Of a stretch of DNA of 43,217 nt, positions 34,951 to 43,217 are shown one piece after another (position 1 is the first letter of the stretch; every line of letters begins with the position of its first letter). The DNA is taken from positions 15,922 to 59,138 of the forward strand of contig CAYMZY010000002.1 of assembly GCA_964395165.1 (NCBI GenBank), in the 5' to 3' direction. The stretch is from an uncultured Bdellovibrionales bacterium (GTDB taxonomy: Bacteria; Patescibacteriota; Minisyncoccia; Moranbacterales; UBA1568). Both the position numbers and the translations under genes were made by a program. The notes beneath the pieces were generated by a model. It had not been told where the DNA came from. It saw only the letters and a list, made by a program, of their open reading frames with translations, and did not search any database.

Positions 34951-34953
34951 AGC

Positions 34954-35685
34954 CTATATGTTCACATATGTATCAAGCGTATAGATCCAGTTCTCATCAT
35001 TGTCTTCTCCGCGCTCACGGGCCATGATCTTCTGGTTCAGGAGCCAAGCGAGATAGCCCGGGTCGTCATGAGCCACCTGTTTCACCTCTTGTCCGACGTA
35101 CTTACCGAAATTGAATCTCCTGAGCAAGATCGGCTTACCTGAGACATGGACCATCTCCCGGACGACCGCAGATTCGTCTCCGACCGATGCGAACATCTGC
35201 GCGAAGTAGCGTTCGAACAGAACCATCAGCACCCGCACATCACCGAGGGCACTGTGGGCTGTCGCATCATCCACCTCGAGATCATGGTAGTACCGGAGGT
35301 ACTGGAGATTATACTTCGGAATATTTCCTTCGGGATCGAGATGATGCGCCAATTTGTAGGTATCGATACAGACGCCGACAGAGAGACCTTCGCGCCGTAG
35401 CATATCTGCATCGAAGGGTGCATTGTGCGCCACGAGTATTCCACCATCGGCGAATATCTGTTCCAAATCGCCAAACATTTCCGAACCGGCGAAACCTGGG
35501 CAATGTTCCACCATTCGGTTTGTGATACGGGTCACCACCATCGCATCCAGACTGATCGGCACTGGCGGCCTGAAAAGTCCTTCATGCTCCGAACCGGCGA
35601 AGGAATAAGCCACCTGACACAACCGGTCTCCTGGTCCGGTTCCTGTCGTTTCCGTATCGAGAAAGATGATATCCTGTTTAGTCAT
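34954..35685 (-). CDS. DEDDh 3'-5' exonuclease, ExoX-like with C-terminal extension
   Basis: 243-aa ORF with Exo I IIFLDTETTG, Exo II VAHNAPFDADML and Exo III HSALGDV. The C-terminus FGKYVGQEVKQVAHDDPGYLAWLL resembles the ExoX-like C-terminal domain. Confidence 0.82.
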   Translation of the reverse strand: MTKQDIIFLDTETTGTGPGDRLCQVAYSFAGSEHEGLFRPPVPISLDAMVVTRITNRMVEHCPGFAGSEMFGDLEQIFADGGILVAHNAPFDADMLRREGLSVGVCIDTYKLAHHLDPEGNIPKYNLQYLRYYHDLEVDDATAHSALGDVRVLMVLFERYFAQMFASVGDESAVVREMVHVSGKPILLRRFNFGKYVGQEVKQVAHDDPGYLAWLLNQKIMARERGEDNDENWIYTLDTYVNI

Positions 35686-35733
35686 AAAAAATATCCGTTC
35701 CTTATCAAAAAAGATACGATACGAAAACCAGAC

Positions 35734-36996
35734 TCAAAGCAATGTTTTTTGTTCATCTCCATCTCCAAGCTCGAGAGCCTTGATCTGCGGCAGCGCGACG
35801 TAACCACTCAGATCGCCGTACATGCCGACCGTATTCACGATAACCTTGTTGATCTGCTTTTCCCGCTCCGCCCACAGTTTCTCGTATGCGAGACGTTCCT
35901 TCCGGAGTCCGTCGCTCATACCCGTAAAAGCCTCGACGATCGCCTCGACCCGCTGCCTGAATTCGACTCCGGTCAAGTAGGCATAGAGCACTTCCATCTT
36001 CTCATTCTTCCCGACTGACAAAGTCTTTTCACGGGTGACGGATTCGAGTGTGATACGAAGCGCACCGGCCAACGCGAGTGCCAACCGCATCTCGCAGACC
36101 CAGACACCGTCCCGAAGCGCAAAACCGGTCATTCCCTGGGGCAATACCGATGAGACGATGACCGCGATATCCGCCTTCACGAGCCGCTGGTCTTCCTTGA
36201 GTTTCTGTACCCATCCTTCGCTCCAGACTTTGGTATTCTTCGACTCCCAGACGATCTGCCCCGCAAGACGACCGCCCCGATCGAATACCCGCTGTATGAT
36301 ATCAGCACCTTTGACCCCTTTCGGGACCGGAACGATCTCATCGTGAAGGAATTCTGACCGAAGAGAAGTCTCGAGTTCGAGTTCAAGCACTTCGCCCTGT
36401 GTCTGCTGCGAGCCCTGTTCCAGCTTACGAGCTAGATCGTCTTTCGCTTTAGTCGCATCCGAAAGCTGCTTCTGCAATTGCGCGATAACGAAACGGGTTT
36501 CCTCGGTCGCCTTCCTGCCTGCCTCTTCAGAAATCTTCGCCCGTTCCTCATCAAGCTCGCGTTGTTTCTCGAGTTCGAAACTCTGTCGTTCCTCTTCAAG
36601 CCGATTACGCTCCTTCCGCAGCATAAGCTCTTTCTCATTCGCCTCCTGCAGTTTCGCGTTCTTTTCCTCGAGTGCTTCTTCGAGCATTTTTCTTTCTTTC
36701 TCATTCTCCTGTAAGGCCGCTTCCTTCGCTTGTCCCATAATGACTTTTCTTTCGGCCGCTATCTTCTCCGCAACCGCCTTTTCGATCAACGAAGCGGATT
36801 CGCGGGTCGCACGGTCCAACCGTTCCTGCTCGGCATCCAAAAACCGCTGTCTCTCGAGCAACGCTTCCTCCCGCGCTCTCTGCTCAGCTTGGAATTCTCC
36901 CCGGATTTGTTCGGAAATCTGATGCGTCAAAACATCATCGATCGAAATCGACGTGCCGCACTCAGGACATTTGATCTGCTGCTTGGAAAGAGTCAT
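35734..36996 (-). CDS. DUF2130-like protein: N-terminal zinc ribbon, long coiled coil, C-terminal PD-(D/E)xK-like module
   Basis: ORF 35734..37005 opens on TTG. The ATG at 36994-36996 gives MTLSKQQIKCPECGTSI. An E/K/R-rich heptad region of about 170 aa follows. The C-terminus has VPKGVKGADIIQ...IVWESKNTK (D...ExK). Confidence 0.72.
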   Translation of the reverse strand: MTLSKQQIKCPECGTSISIDDVLTHQISEQIRGEFQAEQRAREEALLERQRFLDAEQERLDRATRESASLIEKAVAEKIAAERKVIMGQAKEAALQENEKERKMLEEALEEKNAKLQEANEKELMLRKERNRLEEERQSFELEKQRELDEERAKISEEAGRKATEETRFVIAQLQKQLSDATKAKDDLARKLEQGSQQTQGEVLELELETSLRSEFLHDEIVPVPKGVKGADIIQRVFDRGGRLAGQIVWESKNTKVWSEGWVQKLKEDQRLVKADIAVIVSSVLPQGMTGFALRDGVWVCEMRLALALAGALRITLESVTREKTLSVGKNEKMEVLYAYLTGVEFRQRVEAIVEAFTGMSDGLRKERLAYEKLWAEREKQINKVIVNTVGMYGDLSGYVALPQIKALELGDGDEQKTLL

Positions 36997-37046
36997 AACT
37001 TTCAAGACGGGTATAACTCGAAAAAATTGAAATTTCGATTTCCTCT

Positions 37047-38198
37047 CTATTTTCTCATCGGTACGACCGGAGCAAGTGTTCCGAGCTGCGCTGTCACCAT
37101 ATCACAGGCCCGACCGGCGTTGTGCTCGCTCCAGGGGAATGGAGCAGAATACGCCGTTTCACTAGCACCAGAAGATGCCAGCGAAAAATCCGCACACAGC
37201 TCAAATTCCCCGACCCGGCTTTCCCCCTCCACACGGGAAGACGCTACGACACGATACCTATACGTTTCACCCGTCTCCGGATCCCGCATAAAATCCGCGC
37301 AGTAAGCATAAGCGCTCGAACGCTTCAGGATATCGATCGAATCCGGAAGCGCACCGAAATCGCCGGCATACCCTTGGATACACCCGGCCAGCGTCGAAAG
37401 ATCATTCGCGCGCCTGACATCGAAGCCCTGCTTCCGTGCCGTGTTCGGCGATCCGCCGACGAAGAATCCAAGAAGAATCCCGACCGACACGATGCCGGCC
37501 ACCGACCACCCGAAAATCTGGAAGGTCTTCCGAGGAATATCACGGTGATACTGTATTTTCCTGCGTTCGAGAAAATAGAAACCGAAAATAAGCCCAGCGA
37601 TACCGAAGACGGTGAGTGCCTTGAAAAAGAAACGCCAAGTGATCTCGCCCTGCAGGAAAGTGAAGACGACTGCGATAAGGTCGCCCACGAGAGTAACTGA
37701 AGCGGCCAAGAGTACGATATAGGTCAGCCACTGCGAAAGGCGCGATTCCGTTCTCCCTTCATCCTCGCGAAACGTGCGGAACCAAATAAAAAGCGCACCC
37801 GTATATAATGGGAATCCGATCAGCAATGCTGCAATAGCATAGTGGATGCCGCTCACCGCGGCCGATACGTCAGCATATGGATTAACTGAAAGCCTATCAG
37901 GAAAAGATTGTTCGATGATACTGAAAAACAGCGTTCCAAGAGCGGTCGCGATGATACCGAGCAGGATGAAAGAGAAGAAATTGATGACGATATCGACCGT
38001 CGAGGACTTCCGGACCAAGGTCGGACGGGTCCCTTCGATCGGCAATGGAACACCCAGTATAATGACACCGTCCCGATAAGCCGCATCCGTCTCTTCCTCG
38101 GACCAGCCGACGGCAAGCAGCTCCTCTCGGATATCCGTCTTGGACGAACCGCCCCTCATGCGCTCCGCCACGTATCCGCCAAGTGATGATGTTTCCAT
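37047..38198 (-). CDS. Polytopic membrane protein, DUF5671-like, with a Cys-containing C-terminal ectodomain
   Basis: 383-aa ORF with a small N-terminal soluble domain (IREELLAVGWSEEETDAAY), several TM helices and a C-terminal region of about 130 aa with 4 Cys. The family name comes from memory of its topology only. Confidence 0.5.
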   Translation of the reverse strand: METSSLGGYVAERMRGGSSKTDIREELLAVGWSEEETDAAYRDGVIILGVPLPIEGTRPTLVRKSSTVDIVINFFSFILLGIIATALGTLFFSIIEQSFPDRLSVNPYADVSAAVSGIHYAIAALLIGFPLYTGALFIWFRTFREDEGRTESRLSQWLTYIVLLAASVTLVGDLIAVVFTFLQGEITWRFFFKALTVFGIAGLIFGFYFLERRKIQYHRDIPRKTFQIFGWSVAGIVSVGILLGFFVGGSPNTARKQGFDVRRANDLSTLAGCIQGYAGDFGALPDSIDILKRSSAYAYCADFMRDPETGETYRYRVVASSRVEGESRVGEFELCADFSLASSGASETAYSAPFPWSEHNAGRACDMVTAQLGTLAPVVPMRK

Positions 38199-38216
38199 AT
38201 GATACGACCTTACTGA

Positions 38217-38711
38217 TTATCTACCCCCCAGCTCCTGTCGCTCTTTTCGTAGAGTATACCATGACCACAGGCATGCCGAGAGTACCGTGGCCTGACCAAG
38301 ACTGACAACGAAACGTCCGAGGGAAGAACATCGGTCCAGTATCCCCCACTGGGAACACAGGAGAGCCCAATCATGTTCTCCGCCGATCAGAGACAGTGTC
38401 TGCGTTTGCGCATCCGCGATATAGATGCCTGCGTTGACCAGGGAGAAACCGACCCAATACAGGGCAAGGGCGGACGAGAACGTCTGACCGCTCCGGAAAA
38501 AATACACGACGAACGCTGCCGGCACGAGAAGCTGCATCAGCATACCGCCGAGCACTGAGAACGTCTGACCGAAAATAAGAAAGAGAGGATGTCCCGCCTC
38601 ATGCATGATGAAGGTAACGAAGTCGATGAAATGCCATTCCTGCCACGTGGCCAAATAGTACATCCCGTAGGATGCGGCCAGGACTGCGCCGAAACTTTTG
38701 CCTGAAAACAT
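38217..38711 (-). CDS. Small polytopic membrane protein with an HExxH motif (putative intramembrane metalloprotease-like)
   Basis: ORF 38217..38801. The ATG at 38709-38711 avoids overlap with the upstream gene. FIMHEAGHPLF lies at a helix boundary. Confidence 0.5.
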   Translation of the reverse strand: MFSGKSFGAVLAASYGMYYLATWQEWHFIDFVTFIMHEAGHPLFLIFGQTFSVLGGMLMQLLVPAAFVVYFFRSGQTFSSALALYWVGFSLVNAGIYIADAQTQTLSLIGGEHDWALLCSQWGILDRCSSLGRFVVSLGQATVLSACLWSWYTLRKERQELGGR

Positions 38712-38746
38712 AGCATTCGTATCACGATTCCAAAAAGGTGCGCTTC

Positions 38747-39184
38747 TCAAAGAGAGAGCGGCCTGGTCGGACGGAGAACCGCTTTCGAATCCTGCCTCCA
38801 CTCATCCGAAACATCGACGTACAACTCAAGCTCGTTCCCATCTGGATCGAGGATGTAGAGACTGTGTGTCACCGAATGATCGGCTGTCCCGATGATCGTC
38901 ACCTGTTTCACGAGCAATTCCTCATACGCCGCTTTGAGTTCTGCCGTGCCCTCTCCGATCTTGAACCCGATATGATACAGTCCCGGCTCCGGCGCATGCT
39001 GTCCTCGAGGCGTCCCACCTATCTCGATTAGAAGCAACTCATGATGGGTCCGCCCCGAAGAGAACAGCGCCATCCCGGACCCACGCTCGATTTCCCGAAA
39101 GCCAAGCGTTTCACGGTAGAAATCCGCCATACGTGTGACATCCGTCACATACAGCACGACATGTCCGAGCTCCTTGATTTCCAT
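38747..39184 (-). CDS. VOC/glyoxalase/extradiol-dioxygenase-family protein
   Basis: 145-aa ORF with ELGHVVLYVTDVTRMADFYRETLGF and HIGFKI...SLYILDPDGNELELY. Confidence 0.82.
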   Translation of the reverse strand: MEIKELGHVVLYVTDVTRMADFYRETLGFREIERGSGMALFSSGRTHHELLLIEIGGTPRGQHAPEPGLYHIGFKIGEGTAELKAAYEELLVKQVTIIGTADHSVTHSLYILDPDGNELELYVDVSDEWRQDSKAVLRPTRPLSL

Positions 39185-39222
39185 AACGTGATAGGTGAAT
39201 TATTAGGACAAGACGCATCCAC

Positions 39223-39726
39223 TCAGAACTTCCGACTATCGTACGCCCAATGAAGAAGCGCTTGTCGCTGCCGCCTCCGACACAGAAGGTCACCCGGTCG
39301 ACAATTCCGCCCGACCTGCGCGACATGCCGTCGCATCATCCTCCATCTCCGTATCTGACGCTGATCTTCCTCCGGAAGCCGTCGGCCCATGAAGTACCGG
39401 CAGTACCACTGGAACCAGCCACGCGGATCATCTGGAAATATCCATCCCTTCTCTTGCCATACGGAAAGCGGTTGACTCGCATCGACACCGAAATAATTCA
39501 ACGAGATATCCTTTTTCTTCAAAGAAAGCTTCGCTCTGACGAACCAGTCTTCCGGAAACTCACCCCGGCAATCCGTCAGATATTTCCCGCCGAAGATGCC
39601 CATCGACAGCATTTCCTTCGGGGTTAGATCTGGCCGAAATTCCGCATCAAAACCACTCCCACTCGGCGCCGAAAGCCGATAACGGTAACCATCCTGCATG
39701 CGGTCATGAACGATGACTTCCTTCAT
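39223..39726 (-). CDS. Conserved-looking protein of unknown function (Trp/Arg-rich C-terminal half)
   Basis: 167-aa ORF with a coding-like composition and the distinctive DPRGWFQWYCRYFMGRR...RQIRRW segment. I cannot name the family. Confidence 0.55.
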   Translation of the reverse strand: MKEVIVHDRMQDGYRYRLSAPSGSGFDAEFRPDLTPKEMLSMGIFGGKYLTDCRGEFPEDWFVRAKLSLKKKDISLNYFGVDASQPLSVWQEKGWIFPDDPRGWFQWYCRYFMGRRLPEEDQRQIRRWRMMRRHVAQVGRNCRPGDLLCRRRQRQALLHWAYDSRKF

Positions 39727-39951
39727 ACTCCCACTCTAGCGCGTTCAGGAAAAAAATCCTATACTGGAAACGAAAAGCCTTCAGAACGAGGGGCGATGGG
39801 TCGAGAGGCCCTCAATTGAAACCCACCTGATTATTCAGGGAAAAATGCAATATTTTTTCCGTTACTCATTTTTACGGGATTCAGCCACCCCTCCGCATTG
39901 AGGGCTTTTTGTTTCCCGAAAAACCGGGTCGGTATCCCGAGGCACCGCTTC

Positions 39952-40494
39952 TCATTCATGCTCGCGGATCGAATACCGGCAACCACAATAATTCTGCCGA
40001 TAGATACTTCGCTCCCTCACCATCCGTCTCGCTACGATCTCTCGACCTTTCTTCTTCCAATCTTCCGCGAAAAAAGTGAGGTCGTACCGTCTGGCTACCA
40101 CCTCCCCGATCGGAAAGATGACCCGGGCACTCTTGCGACTGCCCATGGTGAGTGTCGTTCCGAAGACTCCAAATCCACGATACTTCGCTTCGCGGGCCGA
40201 ACGATCGAGTCGCATACCGATGCAGGTGAAACAGCGCTTCCCCTGTTCAGGTTCCCGCTCCAAGCCCCTGACGCGTGTTTCCCACTCTTCGGGCGCGTAG
40301 TCCATATCGATCATCGGTACCGACCACTCAGTACACACGCGCACCACTTCAGATTTGCGTTTCATATATTCCTCCTCCGGATAGATATTCGGATTGAAGA
40401 ACAACACGCTCAAATCGAACTCCGTTCGAAGTTCGTCGATGACCGCGATACCGCAGGGCGCGCAACACGTATGCAACAAAAATTTTTCCGACAT
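39952..40494 (-). CDS. queH: Epoxyqueuosine reductase QueH (DUF208)
   Basis: ORF 39952..40569. The ATG at 40492-40494 gives MSEKFLLHTCCAPCG. FNPNIYPEEEY, GKRCFTC and NYCGC motifs are present. Confidence 0.8.
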   Translation of the reverse strand: MSEKFLLHTCCAPCGIAVIDELRTEFDLSVLFFNPNIYPEEEYMKRKSEVVRVCTEWSVPMIDMDYAPEEWETRVRGLEREPEQGKRCFTCIGMRLDRSAREAKYRGFGVFGTTLTMGSRKSARVIFPIGEVVARRYDLTFFAEDWKKKGREIVARRMVRERSIYRQNYCGCRYSIREHE

Positions 40495-40576
40495 AGATAT
40501 CCCGTAAAAACAAAGTGCGGCCGGGTCGTAAAACATCCCGCCGCACCAACCGAGCGCCGCTGCGCTCACTGTACAC

Positions 40577-41095
40577 TCACTGCATCGTCGGTACCGGCCG
40601 TATCGGTTCGAAACGCTTCGCGAGTCGATAGTACCATGCCATCAAACCCGGATTGACGTATTCCTCACACGAAGGCACGTGTCCGATCAACTGAGCCATA
40701 TACGCGATATGGACCCCGGTCGTCAGTATCTGAAAATACTCCCACGCCGCCTGAAGAATGTCCGGATCATACATGTCCGGATAGTGTTCCCGAAACGTCG
40801 GCTCGACCCGAGCGAAAAACTGCGCCGGTCCGCCACACATGATCCAATTCCACTCCCGATCCCCAAAAGAAATCGAAAGCGAAGGATCCGATATTCGGGC
40901 TAACTTATGGATTTCCCGGTCCTGGAAACGATAGAGCATACACAGCACGCCGACGACCCGAAACACCCTCTCTTGCTCGCTGATGAATGATGCGATCATC
41001 GGGCCTTCCTGTGGACAAACCCGACACAGTGTGGCTATCAGTTTATGCTCCGTGAGACAAGGAAAATGTCTACGGGTACCACAACCGCCTTCCAT
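40577..41095 (-). CDS. Hypothetical protein
   Basis: 172-aa ORF filling the gap between the MFS gene and queH. An alternative start lies at 40999. I recognise no motif. Confidence 0.4.
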   Translation of the reverse strand: MEGGCGTRRHFPCLTEHKLIATLCRVCPQEGPMIASFISEQERVFRVVGVLCMLYRFQDREIHKLARISDPSLSISFGDREWNWIMCGGPAQFFARVEPTFREHYPDMYDPDILQAAWEYFQILTTGVHIAYMAQLIGHVPSCEEYVNPGLMAWYYRLAKRFEPIRPVPTMQ

Positions 41096-41241
41096 GATTC
41101 TCTCCTCTTTTTCTTATTGATCAAAGGAACTACGTCTATACAGCACATGCTTGCCCCCTATTCTTCTCCTCTTTTCAAAACCTGTCAAGCCCGATTCCGA
41201 TCCGTTTGTCAATGATATTTTTTGACATTCCGGCAATCGTT

Positions 41242-42459
41242 TCAGACATACCTTCGGTACTGCCACACGATGAGACCCCAGGAACCCGCAACCAGGATTC
41301 CCCCAAGAAAAAACGGGGCCGAAAGACCGAAAAGCCCCGAACCGAAACCGGCAAGAAGCGGAACGCATCCCTGAGACAAGGCCCCGAGCGACCCATTGAT
41401 GCCAAGTGCCGCTCCCTGTCTCTCCGCCGAGACGCTCTTGCTTACCAGCGCCGTCATATTAGCCATCGAAAGTCCGTTCGGAATCGAAAGGAACGGGACG
41501 AGCGCAAAAAGCCAGAACACATCCGGAACAAGAGGAGAAAAAGCGATCGTACATGCCAAAACAGCAAGCGTCACCCGAAGGATGGCTCGTTCGGTATATC
41601 GTTTCGAAAGCACGCGCAGGATGAAGCCCTGTGTGATGACGATCCAGATACCGACGAACCCGAAAAACGTCCCGATCTGAGCCTCGGATTGCCCGAAACG
41701 GTTCACCAGTAGAATACCGATGAAAGACGTGAAAAAAGCGAACCCCGAAATGAAAAGAAAGTTGGCGAAGTAGACCGGCCGGGCATCATGATCCTGGAAA
41801 GCCGCGCGGATATTGGAAATCCCCTTAAACAGATGGAAATGCTGTCGGACCGTCAAGCCCGCCTTCCGCGTCTCCGGCAGGAAGAAGGTCACGAGCAGAA
41901 CATTGATTACGCCAAGCATTCCCGAAAACCAGAACGGGGCAGAGGCGGAATGCGCCGCAGTCACGATAAGCCCTCCGAAGACCGGACCGAGTATGAACCC
42001 GATACCAAAAGCCGCGCCGATCAGACCGAAATTCTTCGCCCGCTCGTGAGGTTCGGAAATATCCGCGATACTCGCCTGAGCGATGCTGAAATTAGCACCA
42101 GCCAGACCAGCGACGGCCCGGCTCACGAAAAGTAGGGCGAGCGACCCGATCTCGATACCGAAACCGAAAAGGAATTGGGAGAAAGCGAGGATACCGACAC
42201 CGAGCGTCAATAATCGCTTACGGCCATAGATATCAGACAATTCGCCCAGGATCGGTGCTGCCAAGAAAAGCATGATACCGAAAACAGCCGTGATAGCTCC
42301 CGAAAACAGATACTGGGCGGAAACCGAGTATCCATGCAGAAGAAATTCCGGACTGGACGGATCGGTAAACAAGACCGGGATGATCGGAATGATCATCCCG
42401 ATTCCGATCATATCGAGCATCAGGGTGAAAAAGAGAACCTTGAGCGTCTTTGTGTGCAT
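41242..42459 (-). CDS. MFS transporter (drug:H+ antiporter/Tet-like, 12 TM)
   Basis: 405-aa ORF with MFS motif A GELSDIYGRKRLL and a repeated 6+6 TM pattern. Confidence 0.88.
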   Translation of the reverse strand: MHTKTLKVLFFTLMLDMIGIGMIIPIIPVLFTDPSSPEFLLHGYSVSAQYLFSGAITAVFGIMLFLAAPILGELSDIYGRKRLLTLGVGILAFSQFLFGFGIEIGSLALLFVSRAVAGLAGANFSIAQASIADISEPHERAKNFGLIGAAFGIGFILGPVFGGLIVTAAHSASAPFWFSGMLGVINVLLVTFFLPETRKAGLTVRQHFHLFKGISNIRAAFQDHDARPVYFANFLFISGFAFFTSFIGILLVNRFGQSEAQIGTFFGFVGIWIVITQGFILRVLSKRYTERAILRVTLAVLACTIAFSPLVPDVFWLFALVPFLSIPNGLSMANMTALVSKSVSAERQGAALGINGSLGALSQGCVPLLAGFGSGLFGLSAPFFLGGILVAGSWGLIVWQYRRYV

Positions 42460-42538
42460 ACTTTTTCTCTTCAGATTCTGGTCAGTGCTTCCGAGACGCG
42501 CACCGAAAAAACAAAGACAACGACCTTGTAGGGAGAAC

Positions 42539-43036
42539 CTACTGCTTCATAAACACGCCCACAAACAGACCTTTCAGCTGTTCTTCTTCCTTCGAAAATC
42601 CCCCATATTGCCCCTCGAACAACTGAGTGGAATCCACACCGCAGGTATTTTCGAAATTCATCTTTCCGTCCGGATGCTGCCTGATGAATGGAGCGATATC
42701 GTACACGCCGCCTCGGATGATGGTCTGACAATCATCCGGGCTCTTGTGCTGTGTGACTTCGTCAAGCATGACGGACTTCGCGACCGGCGCACCTGCCGCA
42801 GCAGAATCATTTGGGCCGGCAGCAACCATACCCCGTCTCTCCATACGGGATGCCGCTTGTTCCGTCGTTGATATGCTGGTCTGCTTATCCCGTGTATCAT
42901 TCCAAGTCAACCACCCGATAACACTGGCCCCAAACACGACGGAAGCTATCAAGACGGCGATGAGGATTTTCACATCCCTCGTCACCTCCATACTCCTTAT
43001 CATCTGCATAGGATTTTTCTTTATGTATTTACACAT
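42539..43036 (-). CDS. Membrane-anchored cytochrome b5-like heme/steroid-binding domain protein
   Basis: It has an N-terminal TM helix (ILIAVLIASVVFGASVIGW). The C-terminal domain is HKSPDDCQTIIRGGVYDIAPFIRQHPDG...GVDSTQLF. The start is uncertain, with several in-frame Met codons. Confidence 0.6.
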   Translation of the reverse strand: MCKYIKKNPMQMIRSMEVTRDVKILIAVLIASVVFGASVIGWLTWNDTRDKQTSISTTEQAASRMERRGMVAAGPNDSAAAGAPVAKSVMLDEVTQHKSPDDCQTIIRGGVYDIAPFIRQHPDGKMNFENTCGVDSTQLFEGQYGGFSKEEEQLKGLFVGVFMKQ

Positions 43037-43163
43037 ACCCCCCTCATGTACATACAGTATATCCCCACTCCACCGATATTTCCAACATGTATCGCGTTTC
43101 CAACCTCAATTGGAACAAAAAAGGTCAGAAATATCTCAGATGATTCGTTTCCTTCATCTCCCG

Positions 43164-43205
43164 AAAAAAACCAAAAATCCCAACCGGATAAACCGATTGG
43201 GATTT
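43164..43205 (-). terminator. Rho-independent terminator of a minus-strand gene lying beyond the right edge
   Basis: AAATCCCAA (43175-83) pairs with TTGGGATTT (43197-205). On the minus strand the stem is followed by a T-rich run (the plus-strand A-run 43164-43177). Confidence 0.55.
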
Positions 43206-43217
43206 TGATCTTGCGGG

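Noticed and set aside
40495-40576. preQ1 riboswitch upstream of queH
   Set aside because: The 82-nt gap has only a weak 4-bp hairpin. It has no recognisable preQ1-I/II signature (no conserved loop followed by an A-rich tail).
39898-40656. 252-aa plus-strand ORF spanning queH
   Set aside because: It is a shadow of queH and the 40577 gene. The QueH motifs (CCAPC, NYCGC) clearly identify the minus frame as the real one.
41206-41712. 168-aa plus-strand ORF opposite the MFS transporter
   Set aside because: It is a highly basic low-complexity translation lying antisense to a well-supported 12-TM MFS gene.
1-43217. CRISPR arrays, tRNA/rRNA genes, IS elements, integrases and prophage genes
   Set aside because: I saw no regularly spaced repeats, no cloverleaf-compatible sequences in the intergenic gaps I inspected, and no transposase, integrase or phage structural motifs in any ORF. 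A tRNAscan or Infernal run would be needed to exclude small RNAs formally.

Overview
This is a gene-dense bacterial chromosomal segment. I call about 45 CDS, and all but four are on the minus strand. I found no rRNA, tRNA, CRISPR array, transposase or integrase. The gene content hints at a small-genome, Patescibacteria/CPR-like organism: a type IV pilus module with outsized pilins, a DUF5671-like membrane protein, an M23+C39-like wall hydrolase and many short housekeeping genes. That taxonomic call is inference only.

Gene order, left to right:
- two PhnB-like VOC proteins, pepA (M17), bcp, rarA, tsaC/yrdC-like
- a secreted protein with a PEP-CTERM-like tail
- xth, a miaB-like gene, rlmN
- a type IV pilus block: pilC, two prepilin-type proteins, a PilX_N-like protein, pilM, pilN, a pilO-like gene and a small membrane protein
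- a nucleotidyltransferase-fold protein
- an unusually compact DNA-repair island: uvrA, short uvrC, a small ORF, a DUF45 metallopeptidase, a second uvrA paralog, a YdjC-like gene, an MGMT-domain gene, two secreted or membrane proteins, and uvrB
- an ICMT-like methyltransferase, DedA, an M23+C39-like hydrolase, csp
- a CYTH / ExoX-like / DUF2130 operon
- membrane proteins, a VOC protein, queH, an MFS transporter and a cytochrome-b5-like protein

The most interesting observations are:
1. The two UvrA paralogs have complementary domain changes. One precisely lacks the insertion domain and is translationally coupled (ATGA overlap) to a DUF45 HExxH metallopeptidase.
2. Consensus TTGACT-N17-TATAAT promoters are interleaved back-to-back with near-leaderless uvrB and uvrC starts. 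One drives a roughly 67-nt terminator-bounded transcript and the other a 79-aa ORF.
3. UvrC has no C-terminal (HhH)2 domain.
4. A DUF2130 (coiled-coil plus PD-(D/E)xK-like) / DEDDh exonuclease / CYTH operon is present.
5. A PEP-CTERM-like sorting signal appears with no exosortase in view.

All functional calls rest on motif recognition by eye; no database search was run.
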